Shown in pieces: positions 9,965 to 18,578 of a DNA stretch of 64,000 bases (its first letter is position 1; each line of letters begins with the position of its first letter). A model generated the notes under the pieces. The model was not told the origin of the DNA. It ran no database searches and saw only the letters and a list, made by a program, of their open reading frames with translations. Source of the stretch: an uncultured Actinomycetota bacterium (lineage in GTDB: Bacteria > Actinomycetota > Actinomycetes > JAHEKZ01); contig CAVQYR010000001.1 in the NCBI GenBank assembly GCA_963718235.1, positions 1,504,001 to 1,568,000 on the forward strand, read 5' to 3'. The position numbers were made by a program, and so were the translations under genes.

Positions 9965-10986
9965 CCGCGCTCCCAGAAACTCGGCCCCACAGGAACTGCG
10001 AAGTCGCCCTGCGCGACCAAGTATCCGTCGTCATCCACGGTTATCGCGAGTTGAGGAAGGTTGCGGGCGGCCGGACCGAAGACCACCTCGGCGCTGTCGG
10101 CCAGGTCGAAGGTCGACTGGTGGCACGGGCAGAGGAGGTGGTGGGTCTGCTGCTCGTACAGGTTGATCGGGCAGCCCACGTGGGTGCAGATCTTGGAGAA
10201 GCACAGGATGCCTTCGTAGTCCCAGCCCTCGCCCTGCTGGGTCTTGATGTCCTCGGGGTCCATCCGGACCAGGATGACCGGTGCCTTGGCCAGCTCGTCG
10301 AGGGTCTTCTCCTCCTCGAGCACGAGGTCGATGCCCTCCGGTACAGCGGAGATCAAGGTGCCGATCGTCATGTCCTGGGGACGGATCGGCTGCTTGGTCT
10401 CCGCAATCAGGATCCGCATGCCCTCGGTCCACATCGTGTGGTAGAGCGTGTCCCCAGGGGCCGGACCGAGGTCGCGCAGCAGCACGATCGCGGGGAGGCC
10501 AGCCATGGCCAGCGCGGCGACCATCGTTCCGCCGATGAAGGGGCGGCGCAGGATCCCGCTCTCCTCCGTGCCGCTGCGGAACTCCTCCATCGTCACGTCG
10601 AGGGCCTCGGGCGGCGGGCCCTCCTTCTGACGCTCGGAGACGATCTCGACGTCGGGCATCAGCTTCTTGGCCCAGTGGATGGCCGCTGCCCCGATGGCGA
10701 ACAGCGCGACTCCCATGGCCAGACCGAGTGCCAGGTTCGCCGCAAGGGTCTCGCCGAACGGTGGGACCCGGATCAGCTCGTCCTTGGGGATCGCGAAGAA
10801 CGCCACGATGAACAGGAGGCTGCCTAACGCCGAGAGCAGGAAGAGCAGGCCGACCTGACGTTCGGCACGCTTGGCCGCGCGGGGGTCGACGTCGCTACGA
10901 CGAGGGCGGTGCTCGGGCATGGGAGACGCACCGGCCGGTACCGGGGCGTTGTCGGGTTCGTGGCCAGACGGGGGAGGAGTGCTCAC
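9961..10986 (-). CDS. qcrA: Cytochrome bc1 complex Rieske Fe-S subunit
   Basis: CTHVGC and CPCHQS Rieske motifs; three N-terminal TM helices. Confidence 0.97.
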   Translation of the reverse strand: MSTPPPSGHEPDNAPVPAGASPMPEHRPRRSDVDPRAAKRAERQVGLLFLLSALGSLLFIVAFFAIPKDELIRVPPFGETLAANLALGLAMGVALFAIGAAAIHWAKKLMPDVEIVSERQKEGPPPEALDVTMEEFRSGTEESGILRRPFIGGTMVAALAMAGLPAIVLLRDLGPAPGDTLYHTMWTEGMRILIAETKQPIRPQDMTIGTLISAVPEGIDLVLEEEKTLDELAKAPVILVRMDPEDIKTQQGEGWDYEGILCFSKICTHVGCPINLYEQQTHHLLCPCHQSTFDLADSAEVVFGPAARNLPQLAITVDDDGYLVAQGDFAVPVGPSFWERG

Positions 10987-11102
10987 CGGGTGTTGTCCTT
11001 GTCCGAGAGGTCGATCGACTCGACTGAGAGGGGCGTGGGGCCGGGGTGGCTGCCGAGCCGACTGAGGGGGCCGGTGAGGAGTGCCGGAGCTGACACGTCA
11101 GG

Positions 11103-11912
11103 TCACCGCGCCTTGACACCGATCCAGACCGCGGCGGCGATCAGGGCGCCGATGCCGACGATCCAGAAGAGGAGCCCCTCGGTGACCGGGCCGAGGCGAC
11201 CGAGGTCGATCCCGCCGGGGTTGGCTTGGTCCTGCAGGCTGTTCACGTAGGCCAGGATGGCCTGTTTGTCCTCGACCCGCAGCGTGGAGTTGGGGAACAC
11301 CGGCATGTTCTGCGGACCGGTGAGCATGGCCTCCCAGATGTGCTTGTCGGTGCTCTCGACCATCGACGGGGCGTACTTGCCGAAGGTCAGCGCACCGCCC
11401 TCGCCAGCGAAGTTGTGGCAGGACGAGCAGTTCGCCCGGAACAGGTTGCCGCCCAGGGCGAGGTCGGCGTCGCTGAAGTCAAGCTCCTCGGCAGTCGGGA
11501 TGGCCGGGCCTGGGGAGAACGAGGCCACGTAGGCGGCCAGGGCCTCGACCTCGGCGTCGGTGTAGATCACCGGCTTGGCCGGTGCCTGAGGACCAGGAGC
11601 GGCCAGCGGCATCCGCCCGGTCCCGACCTGGAAGTCGACTGAGGCAGCACCGACGCCGATCAGCGGTGGCCCGGCCACCGTGCCGTCGGGCTGCTGGGCG
11701 CCCTCGAGCCCGAGGCCGTGACAGGAGGAGCACCCCTCCAGGTACAGCTTCTTGCCCTGGTCCAGCACCGTGCTGGTGGCGTTGTGCGGTGACGCCTCGG
11801 CGCGTCCCGAGCCGGACACCAGGGCGTACAGGCCCCCGACGGCGAGCAGGCCGAGCAGCAGGACGACAGCCGTGGCGAAGGGGCTGCGGCGGCGGGCGAG
11901 CAGTGCGGTCAC
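11103..11912 (-). CDS. qcrC: Cytochrome bc1 complex diheme cytochrome c
   Basis: Two CSSCH heme-binding motifs; GRMPL; LGPVTEGL and C-terminal TM. Confidence 0.97.
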   Translation of the reverse strand: MTALLARRRSPFATAVVLLLGLLAVGGLYALVSGSGRAEASPHNATSTVLDQGKKLYLEGCSSCHGLGLEGAQQPDGTVAGPPLIGVGAASVDFQVGTGRMPLAAPGPQAPAKPVIYTDAEVEALAAYVASFSPGPAIPTAEELDFSDADLALGGNLFRANCSSCHNFAGEGGALTFGKYAPSMVESTDKHIWEAMLTGPQNMPVFPNSTLRVEDKQAILAYVNSLQDQANPGGIDLGRLGPVTEGLLFWIVGIGALIAAAVWIGVKAR

Positions 11913-11958
11913 GAGTGAGTCCCTGGTCGGTGGCTGCGGGTTCGGGGGTGCGCGGTGC

Positions 11959-12564
11959 CTACTGGAGGAAGTAGATGGTGAAGAACAGGGCGATCCAGAC
12001 GACGTCGACGAAGTGCCAGTAGTACGAGACGACGATGGCTCGCGTGGCCTGGTCGTGGTCGAAGCGCCGGGCGACGTAGGTGGTGGCCAGCACGAGCAGG
12101 AAGGCGACCAGCCCTCCGGTCACGTGCGCTGCGTGGAAGCCGGTCGTGAGGTAGAAGACCGAGCCGTACCCCGACGAGGACAGGGTCAGTCCCTCGTGGG
12201 TCAGCTCGGTGTACTCGAACACCTGACCGGACACGAAGAAGGCGCCCATCAGGTAGGTGATGATGAACCACTTGCGCAGGCCGCGGACGTCGCCCTTCTC
12301 TGCGGCGAACACCCCCAGCTGACAGGTGATCGACGACGAGACGAGGACGAGGGTGTTCACCGTCGCGAACACGACGTTGAGCCGCACGTCCTCCGGCGGC
12401 CAGTTGTCGGCGCCGGTGACCTGCCGCACCGTGAAGTACATCGCGAACAAGGCCGCGAAGAACATCAGCTCGGAGGACAGCCAGACGATGGTTCCGACGC
12501 TGACCAGGTTGGGACGGCTCGGGGCCGGAACGTGGGCGGTCGATGCCGCGGTTGCTGTCGCCAC
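11959..12564 (-). CDS. ctaE: Cytochrome c oxidase subunit III
   Basis: [36 protein letters not shown]; start GTG 7 nt after a CATAAT -10. Confidence 0.96.
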   Translation of the reverse strand: MATATAASTAHVPAPSRPNLVSVGTIVWLSSELMFFAALFAMYFTVRQVTGADNWPPEDVRLNVVFATVNTLVLVSSSITCQLGVFAAEKGDVRGLRKWFIITYLMGAFFVSGQVFEYTELTHEGLTLSSSGYGSVFYLTTGFHAAHVTGGLVAFLLVLATTYVARRFDHDQATRAIVVSYYWHFVDVVWIALFFTIYFLQ

Positions 12565-12637
12565 GGGCGGCATTATGCCGAGGTCGGAGCGGGTTGGACC
12601 CCCCGACCCCCCGACTCGTTTCCCAGGGGTCTGTTCC

Positions 12638-12654
12638 GTGACCGGACCGTGACC
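12638..12654. promoter_or_regulatory. GTGACC-N5-GTGACC direct repeat (MtrA/GlnR-like OmpR box) in divergent promoter region
   Basis: gtgaccggaccgtgacc, 11-bp period, fits GTnAC-N6-GTnAC. Confidence 0.45.
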
Positions 12655-12721
12655 TGGCTCGGCCGCCCGGTAGCCGGTGCCACGCTGCGCCGTCCCGGAC
12701 GAGCCCCGGTAGCATCGCGGC

Positions 12722-13198
12722 ATGTCTTCGGCGAGATCCAGGTCCGCGGCAACCCCCCAGCCGCCCGCTGGGGGTGGGTCGGACGAGCTGACGGTGCTCG
12801 TGTACAGCGACGACGCCACCACCCGGCAGCGGGTCCTGCTCGCGCTCGGCCGACGGGTCGCCGCCGACCTCCCGCCGCTGCAGTTCGTCGAGGTGGCCAC
12901 CGAGTCCGCCGTGCTGAAGCAGGTCCGCTCCGGCGACGTCGACCTCGTGATCCTCGACGGTGAGGCCACCCCGGTCGGTGGCATCGGGCTGTGCCGAACG
13001 CTCAAGGACGAGGTCTTCCAGGCTCCACCGGTGATGGTCGTCCTGGGTCGCCCGCAAGACGACTGGCTGGCCGCCTGGTCGCGCGCCGACGGGGTGGCGG
13101 CGCACCCGATCGACCCGGCCGCCCTGGCCGCGGCCACCGAGCGCCTGCTCCGCGCGTTCGTTCCCGTGGTCGGTGCCGACCTCGCCGTCCGCGGCTGA
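12722..13198 (+). CDS. Single-domain receiver (CheY-like) protein conserved next to trpD
   Basis: [46 protein letters not shown]; TAGCAT-N6-ATG. Confidence 0.85.
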   Translation: MSSARSRSAATPQPPAGGGSDELTVLVYSDDATTRQRVLLALGRRVAADLPPLQFVEVATESAVLKQVRSGDVDLVILDGEATPVGGIGLCRTLKDEVFQAPPVMVVLGRPQDDWLAAWSRADGVAAHPIDPAALAAATERLLRAFVPVVGADLAVRG

Positions 13199-13250
13199 CG
13201 GCCCCTTCGCGCCCGTGGCCGATCACGCCACCACACCCGGCCACCCGGCG

Positions 13251-14318
13251 ATGACGACCCCCTCGACCAGCTGGCCCGACGTCCTGTCGGCGCTGCTGGC
13301 TGGGGAGTCGCTGGACGTCGACCAGACCGCCTGGGCCATGGACCAGGTCATGCGCGGGGACGCGACGCCGGCCCAGGTCGCCGGCTTCGTGGTCGCCCTG
13401 CGGGCCAAGGGCGAGACGGCCGAGGAGATGGCCGGGCTGGTTCGAGCGATGCTCGGGCACGCCCACCGGATCGAGGTCCCCGGACCCGTGGTCGACGTCG
13501 TCGGCACCGGAGGCGACCGAGCCCACACGGTCAACATCTCGACCATGGCGGCCCTGGTCGTGGCCGGCACGGGGGCCCGGGTCGTCAAGCACGGCAACCG
13601 GGCCGCGTCGTCGGCGTGCGGTGCGGCCGACGTGCTGGAGGAGCTCGGGCTGGTCCTGACGCTGACCCCGCAGCAGGTCGCCGACGTCGCGTCGCGGGCC
13701 GGGATCACGTTCTGCTTCGCGCAGGTCTTCCACCCGGCGATGCGCCATGCCGCAGCAGCTCGCCGCGAGCTGGGCGTGCCTACGGCGTTCAACTTCCTGG
13801 GTCCGCTGACGAACCCGGCCCAGCCGCAGGCCCAGGCGGTCGGCTGCGCCGATCCGCGGATGGCCCAGGTGATGGCGTCGGTCTTCGCCGACCGAGGGGT
13901 CTCGGCACTGGTCGTGCGCGGGGACGACGGCCTCGACGAGGTCACCGTCACCACGACGACCACGGTGCACGACGTGCGGGACGGCGTGGTCGAGACGCTG
14001 ACCCTCGACCCGCGTGAGCTCGGCCTCGCCTTCGCCGCGCCGGAGTCGCTGCGCGGTGGTGACCGGGCCTTCAACGCGGCCGTCGTCCGGGCGGTCGTCG
14101 AGGGGCGCGAGCACGGCCCGATCCGCGACGCCGTACTGCTGAACGCCGCGGCCGCCCTGGCGGCGTTGGCGCCGTCGGGCCAGCTCGTGCCACGGCTGGC
14201 CGGCGGCCTGGCCGCGGCGGCGCAGTCGATCGACTCGGGAGCCGCAGCCCGGTCGCTGCGTCACTGGGTGGCCACCACCCAGGCCCTCTCTGCTGCAGCG
14301 CACGATCAGCAAACCTGA
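13251..14318 (+). CDS. trpD: Anthranilate phosphoribosyltransferase
   Basis: [38 protein letters not shown]. Confidence 0.97.
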   Translation: MTTPSTSWPDVLSALLAGESLDVDQTAWAMDQVMRGDATPAQVAGFVVALRAKGETAEEMAGLVRAMLGHAHRIEVPGPVVDVVGTGGDRAHTVNISTMAALVVAGTGARVVKHGNRAASSACGAADVLEELGLVLTLTPQQVADVASRAGITFCFAQVFHPAMRHAAAARRELGVPTAFNFLGPLTNPAQPQAQAVGCADPRMAQVMASVFADRGVSALVVRGDDGLDEVTVTTTTTVHDVRDGVVETLTLDPRELGLAFAAPESLRGGDRAFNAAVVRAVVEGREHGPIRDAVLLNAAAALAALAPSGQLVPRLAGGLAAAAQSIDSGAAARSLRHWVATTQALSAAAHDQQT

Positions 14319-14347
14319 TCGTGCGCCGGAAGGAGGGGGAGCGGGGG

Positions 14348-14626
14348 TCAGGTGAGGCCGAGGGAGAAGGCTGCCTCGAGGTCGTGGCGGCTGTAGGCGC
14401 GGAAGGCCACGTGGGTCTCGGTCGAGACCACGCCGGCCACCGCGTTGACGTGCTCGGTGACCACGGTCGCGACGTCGTCGATGCTCGGTACCCGGACCAT
14501 CACCACGAGGTCGATCGTCCCCGTGACGCTGTAGACCTCGCTGACCCCGTCGAGGTCGGCCAGGGCCGCGGCAGCACTCGGTACGGCGTCGACCTGGGTC
14601 TTGACGAACACGATCGCGGTGATCAC
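14348..14626 (-). CDS. Lrp/AsnC ligand-binding domain protein
   Basis: VITAIVFVK, GVSEVYSVTG, TETHVAFRAYSRHDLEAAF; AAGGAG SD. Confidence 0.9.
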   Translation of the reverse strand: MITAIVFVKTQVDAVPSAAAALADLDGVSEVYSVTGTIDLVVMVRVPSIDDVATVVTEHVNAVAGVVSTETHVAFRAYSRHDLEAAFSLGLT

Positions 14627-14687
14627 TGAGGCTCCTTCGGGGCCGATGGCGAGCGGACCGACCCAGGTCATGCTGGCACTGCCGCCC

Positions 14688-16445
14688 TCACTCGGGGAAG
14701 GGCACGACCGGACCCACGGGCGACCCGCTGAGCCTGGCCAGCGTGGCGCCGGCGCCCTTGGCCGGCGACGTCCACCGCCCGTCGACCTGGACCAGGCGCA
14801 CGCCCTCGCTGTCGAGCCAGCGCAGCACGCACTCGGTCTCCTCGGCGGTGGCCGCCGGGGTGGGCCCGGGCCCGGGCTCGGCGGTCTCACCCCCGGTGAC
14901 CAGCGCGTGGACCGTGGGCCACGGGTCGAGACCGCGCTCGACCGCGCCGGTGGCGCTCAACCGGCCGTGCCGCACGACGACGACGTGCCATCCCTGGTCG
15001 GGCGTGGGTCGGGCGGCGACGACCAGCGGCAGGCCGGTGAAGGCAGCCAGCCGCTGACCTCGCGCAGCCGCACGCAGGAAGGTCAGCATCCGGTCGCGGT
15101 GGGTGGCGGCGTCCTCGAACCGCTCGGCGGCCACGAGCGGCTGGATCCTCGCCGTGGTGGCGGTCACCACGGCGTCCGGGTCGAGCGTCATCGCGACCCG
15201 GACGGCCGCGACGTGCCGTGCGTAGGAGTCGACGCTCTCGCCCCCCTCGCACGGTGCGCCGCAGCGCCCCAACCCGGCCAGGAGGCATGCGCTGGTGACG
15301 GTACGAGGGGACAGCTTCGCGGTGCACTGGCGCAGCGGCACCGCCTCGTGCAGCGCTGCCGTGGCCTGCTCGGCGGCGCGGGCCGACCCGAACGGGCCCA
15401 GGTAGGTGGCGCCGTCGTCGCGAACCTGGCGCACGGTCGACAGCCGAGGGAAGGCCTCGACGGTGAGCTTGACGAAACAGACCTTCTCCGGGAACTTCGA
15501 GCGTCGGTTGTACGGCGGCTTGTGCTCGGCGATCAGCCGCAGCTCACGGACCTCGGCCTCCAGGGGCGTGGGGCACGGGATCGCGACGACCTCCTCGGCG
15601 GCGGCCACCATCTCGGCCATCCGCCGCCGTTGCTCGGCGGCGGTGAAGTACTGGCGCACCCGAGCCCGCAGGTCGACCGACTTGCCCACGTAGAGCACCC
15701 GACCGCGACCGTCGCGGAACAGGTAGACGCCGGGGACCGAAGGGATGCCCTCAGCCAGGTGCCGCTTGCGCCGCTGGGCCGGGTGGACCCGGGAAGAGAA
15801 GGTGCCCACCTCCTCCAGCGTGGTGACCCCGTGGCAGCCGAGCCGCTCGAAGAGCCCGTGCAGGACGTCGACCGTGGCGCGGGCGTCGTGCAGGGCGCGG
15901 TGGTCCGGCTCGCTCGTGGCCCGAAACAGCCGGGCCAGCGTGGACAGCTTGCAGTTGGGGGCCTCGTCGCGGGTCAGGGTGCGGCGGGCCAGGCGCGCCG
16001 TGTCGACGACGTCGAAGCGCGGCCAGGGGAGCTCCAGCTGCTCGGCTGCCGCCCGCAGGAAGCCGACGTCGAACGGCGCGTTGTGGGCGACGAGCACGGC
16101 TCCGCGCGCGAACTCCAGGAACGCGGGGAGCACGCTGGCGATCCGCGGCGCTGCGGCGACCATGGAGTCGGTGATCCCGGTGAGCACCGCGATGAACGCG
16201 GGGATCGACTCACCGGGGTTGACCAGGGTCTGGAACTCACCGATCACCTCACCCCCACGGACTTTCACCGCGCCGATCTCGGTGATGCCGCACGAGGCGG
16301 GGGACCCGCCCGTGGTCTCCAGGTCGACGACCACGAACGTCACCTCGAGCAGCGGCGTGCCCACGTCGTCGAAGGAGGTCTGCACCCCGCGGGGAACCGG
16401 GGCGGGCCCGCTGACCGGGGCGGGGTGGGACTCCACGGCGGTCAT
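14688..16445 (-). CDS. DEDDh exonuclease fused to GIY-YIG/UvrC-like nuclease (Rv2191/Cho-like)
   Basis: VVVDLETTG, AHNAPFD, HRALHDA; PGVYLF...LYVGKS, PPYNRRS. Confidence 0.92.
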   Translation of the reverse strand: MTAVESHPAPVSGPAPVPRGVQTSFDDVGTPLLEVTFVVVDLETTGGSPASCGITEIGAVKVRGGEVIGEFQTLVNPGESIPAFIAVLTGITDSMVAAAPRIASVLPAFLEFARGAVLVAHNAPFDVGFLRAAAEQLELPWPRFDVVDTARLARRTLTRDEAPNCKLSTLARLFRATSEPDHRALHDARATVDVLHGLFERLGCHGVTTLEEVGTFSSRVHPAQRRKRHLAEGIPSVPGVYLFRDGRGRVLYVGKSVDLRARVRQYFTAAEQRRRMAEMVAAAEEVVAIPCPTPLEAEVRELRLIAEHKPPYNRRSKFPEKVCFVKLTVEAFPRLSTVRQVRDDGATYLGPFGSARAAEQATAALHEAVPLRQCTAKLSPRTVTSACLLAGLGRCGAPCEGGESVDSYARHVAAVRVAMTLDPDAVVTATTARIQPLVAAERFEDAATHRDRMLTFLRAAARGQRLAAFTGLPLVVAARPTPDQGWHVVVVRHGRLSATGAVERGLDPWPTVHALVTGGETAEPGPGPTPAATAEETECVLRWLDSEGVRLVQVDGRWTSPAKGAGATLARLSGSPVGPVVPFPE

Positions 16446-16452
16446 GGCCTCG

Positions 16453-16474
16453 ACGGTAGGGGCCGGGTCCGACA
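16453..16474 (-). promoter_or_regulatory. PafBC-dependent (RecA-independent) DNA-damage promoter motif
   Basis: Minus strand TGTCGG-acccggcccc-TACCGT, then 7 nt to the nuclease ATG. Confidence 0.8.
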
Positions 16475-16562
16475 GCCCGGGCCCGCCGCGCCGCAGGCAC
16501 CTCGGTGGCGCCCCGGTGGCGCCTCCGGCCGGGCGGTCGACCACCTCGGTAGCCTCACTGCC

Positions 16563-16872
16563 GTGACCGACTCACCCGACGCGGCACCTCAACCCCTCCC
16601 CCGACCGCCCCGACCGACTCCAGGAACCCGCTGGCGCTGCGCTGCGTGCGGCAACCTCACCCGGTTCGACGTCGTCCGCAGCAGCCGGGTGCGGGAGTAC
16701 TGGCACCTGGACCTGTCCGGCGAGCCGACCATCGAGGAGTCCACCGCGCTGGAGGAGTCGGTCGAGGAGGTGACGCTGCCGGTGGTGCGGCGGTGTCGAC
16801 ACGGTCGAGCTGGTCGCGCGCCCGCAGGCCGATCACCCGGTGGGCCCGGGGAGTGTCGGACCCTCCGCCTAG
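16563..16872 (+). pseudogene. Small zinc-ribbon hypothetical protein with an apparent +1 frameshift
   Basis: RWRCAACGNLTRFDV...EEVT, then one extra base near 16776 before CRWCGGVDTVELV...TAG; TAGCCT-N7-GTG start. Confidence 0.7.
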
Positions 16873-16875
16873 CGT
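16854..16875 (+). promoter_or_regulatory. PafBC-dependent promoter motif
   Basis: TGTCGG-accctccgcc-TAGCGT upstream of the 16926 ORF. Confidence 0.7.
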
Positions 16876-16925
16876 CGCGTCCGCACGAGTGGTGGTGGTC
16901 ACCACGCCAGTGACGGAGGCCTTCC

Positions 16926-17243
16926 ATGATCATCGACTGCGCGACCTGCCCGGTCCGGGGCAGCGGCTGCTCCGACTGCGTCGTCGCAGCTGTGCTCCAG
17001 CTGCCCGCGCTCCCCTCCGGGCCACCGGTCCGCACCGGACCGGCCGGCGTCGACGAGCTGCTCGTCCGGGGCGCCGGGCTGCCGGTCGAGGGGGCCTGGC
17101 TGGACGCCGAGGAACGGCGGGCGCTGACCGTCCTCGTCCGGGCCGGGATCGTCCCGGCGATGACGCTGCACGCCGTCCCGGGCGCCCAGGACATGGTCGG
17201 TGTGACCGACGACACACCCCCGCCCAGTCGGCGGGCTGTTTGA
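16926..17243 (+). CDS. Small Cys-rich conserved actinobacterial hypothetical protein
   Basis: MIIDCATCPVRGSGCSDCVV (CxxC-x6-CxxC) and LDAEERRALTVLVRAGIVP; GGAGG SD. Confidence 0.8.
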   Translation: MIIDCATCPVRGSGCSDCVVAAVLQLPALPSGPPVRTGPAGVDELLVRGAGLPVEGAWLDAEERRALTVLVRAGIVPAMTLHAVPGAQDMVGVTDDTPPPSRRAV

Positions 17244-17321
17244 GTTCGTTGCCCGAACGTTACTAAGGTGACCCCCGGGTCATCGTTCGTTGGTCGTTCG
17301 TTCAGAACGGTCACGGTGGCC

Positions 17322-17475
17322 CCCGCCTAGTCCGGTCGAACCCCTGAGGGTCCGTCCGGAGCCGGGGACCCAGGTCCCAGGGGCGAATCGGTTGGCGCCG
17401 GCACCTGCGGCGGCGACCGTAGGGCGCTTCCCCGCCCGAGCCCGTCAGCTCACCCGGTACGCGGTTGAGGGAGAA
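17322..17475 (+). ncRNA. Cyclic di-AMP (ydaO/yuaA) riboswitch
   Basis: GGGGACCCA (17364), GGGGCGAATC (17380), GTAGGG (17419), CCCGAGCCCGTCAGCTCACCCGGTA (17435) in order, upstream of a cell-wall hydrolase; boundaries approximate. Confidence 0.9.
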
Positions 17476-17489
17476 GGAGAGCCGCCTTC

Positions 17490-18569
17490 GTGGCGACCCG
17501 CCGATTCGCATCCGTGCTGCGCCTGCGCAGCACCCAGGTCCTGGCCCTGCTCGTGACGGCTGTCGCCATGACGGTCGTCGTCCCGGCCGTGGGCCACGCC
17601 GACCCCAACCTGACCATCGAGCAGGCCCAGAGCCGCGTCGACGCCTTGTACGAGGAGGCCGAGCAGGCCACCGAGCGCGCCCACACCGCGCAGGTCCAGG
17701 TCGACTCGACCAAGGCCGAGCTCGACCGGGTCCAGCGCCAGCTGCAGCGCGAGCGAGACCAGGTGGCCGCCCTCGACGCGGCCATGGGCCAGTACGCCGC
17801 GGCGCTGTACACCAGCGGTGGCATGGACCCGACCCTGCAGGTGATCCTCGCCGACGACCCGGCCGACTTCTTGTCCCAGGCCGGTGCGCTGGACCAGGTC
17901 GCCCGCACCCAGGACGCCGCCTTCCGCGAGGCCCAGGTGGCCCGCCAGCAGCTGGCCCAGACCCAGGCCGTGGTCGACCAGAAGCTGGCCAAGCTGCGTG
18001 AGCTCGAGGCCCAGGCCGCCAAGGAGCAGGCGGCCGCCGACGCCAAGCTCGCCGAGGCCAAGGACGTCCTGGCGAACCTCAAGGCCGAGGAGCGCCAGCG
18101 CCTGGCCGACCTGGCCGCGCAGCGCGCAGCCGACGCCCAGCAGGCCTCCCGGGACAACATCGCCTCGGTCCCAGCCCCCAGCGGCGGAGGAGGCTCGCCC
18201 GGTTCGGTCGACGGTCGGGCCGGGAGCGCGGTCGCGTACGCCTACGCCCAGCTCGGCAAGCCCTACGTCTTCGGGGCCGCCGGGCCCAGCGCCTTCGACT
18301 GCTCCGGCCTCACGATGGCCGCCTGGGGACAGGTGGGGGTCTACCTGCCGCACGCATCGAGCCAGCAGTACGCGATGACCTCCCGGGTCTCGTCGTCTGA
18401 CCTGCAGCCCGGCGACCTCGTCTTCTTCTACAGCGGGATCTCCCACGTCGGGATCTACGTCGGCGGCGGTGTGTTCGTGCACGCGGCCAACCCGACCGAC
18501 GGCGTGGTCGCCGACCAGCTGTTCAGCAGCTACTGGCAGTCGGTCTACGTCGGTGCCGGTCGGGTCTGA
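17490..18569 (+). CDS. NlpC/P60 (C40) peptidoglycan endopeptidase with coiled-coil, RipC-like
   Basis: Signal peptide, coiled coil, LGKPYVFGAAGPSAFDCSGL, QPGDLVFFY..ISHVGIY. Confidence 0.94.
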   Translation: MATRRFASVLRLRSTQVLALLVTAVAMTVVVPAVGHADPNLTIEQAQSRVDALYEEAEQATERAHTAQVQVDSTKAELDRVQRQLQRERDQVAALDAAMGQYAAALYTSGGMDPTLQVILADDPADFLSQAGALDQVARTQDAAFREAQVARQQLAQTQAVVDQKLAKLRELEAQAAKEQAAADAKLAEAKDVLANLKAEERQRLADLAAQRAADAQQASRDNIASVPAPSGGGGSPGSVDGRAGSAVAYAYAQLGKPYVFGAAGPSAFDCSGLTMAAWGQVGVYLPHASSQQYAMTSRVSSSDLQPGDLVFFYSGISHVGIYVGGGVFVHAANPTDGVVADQLFSSYWQSVYVGAGRV

Positions 18570-18578
18570 CCCCGCGCG

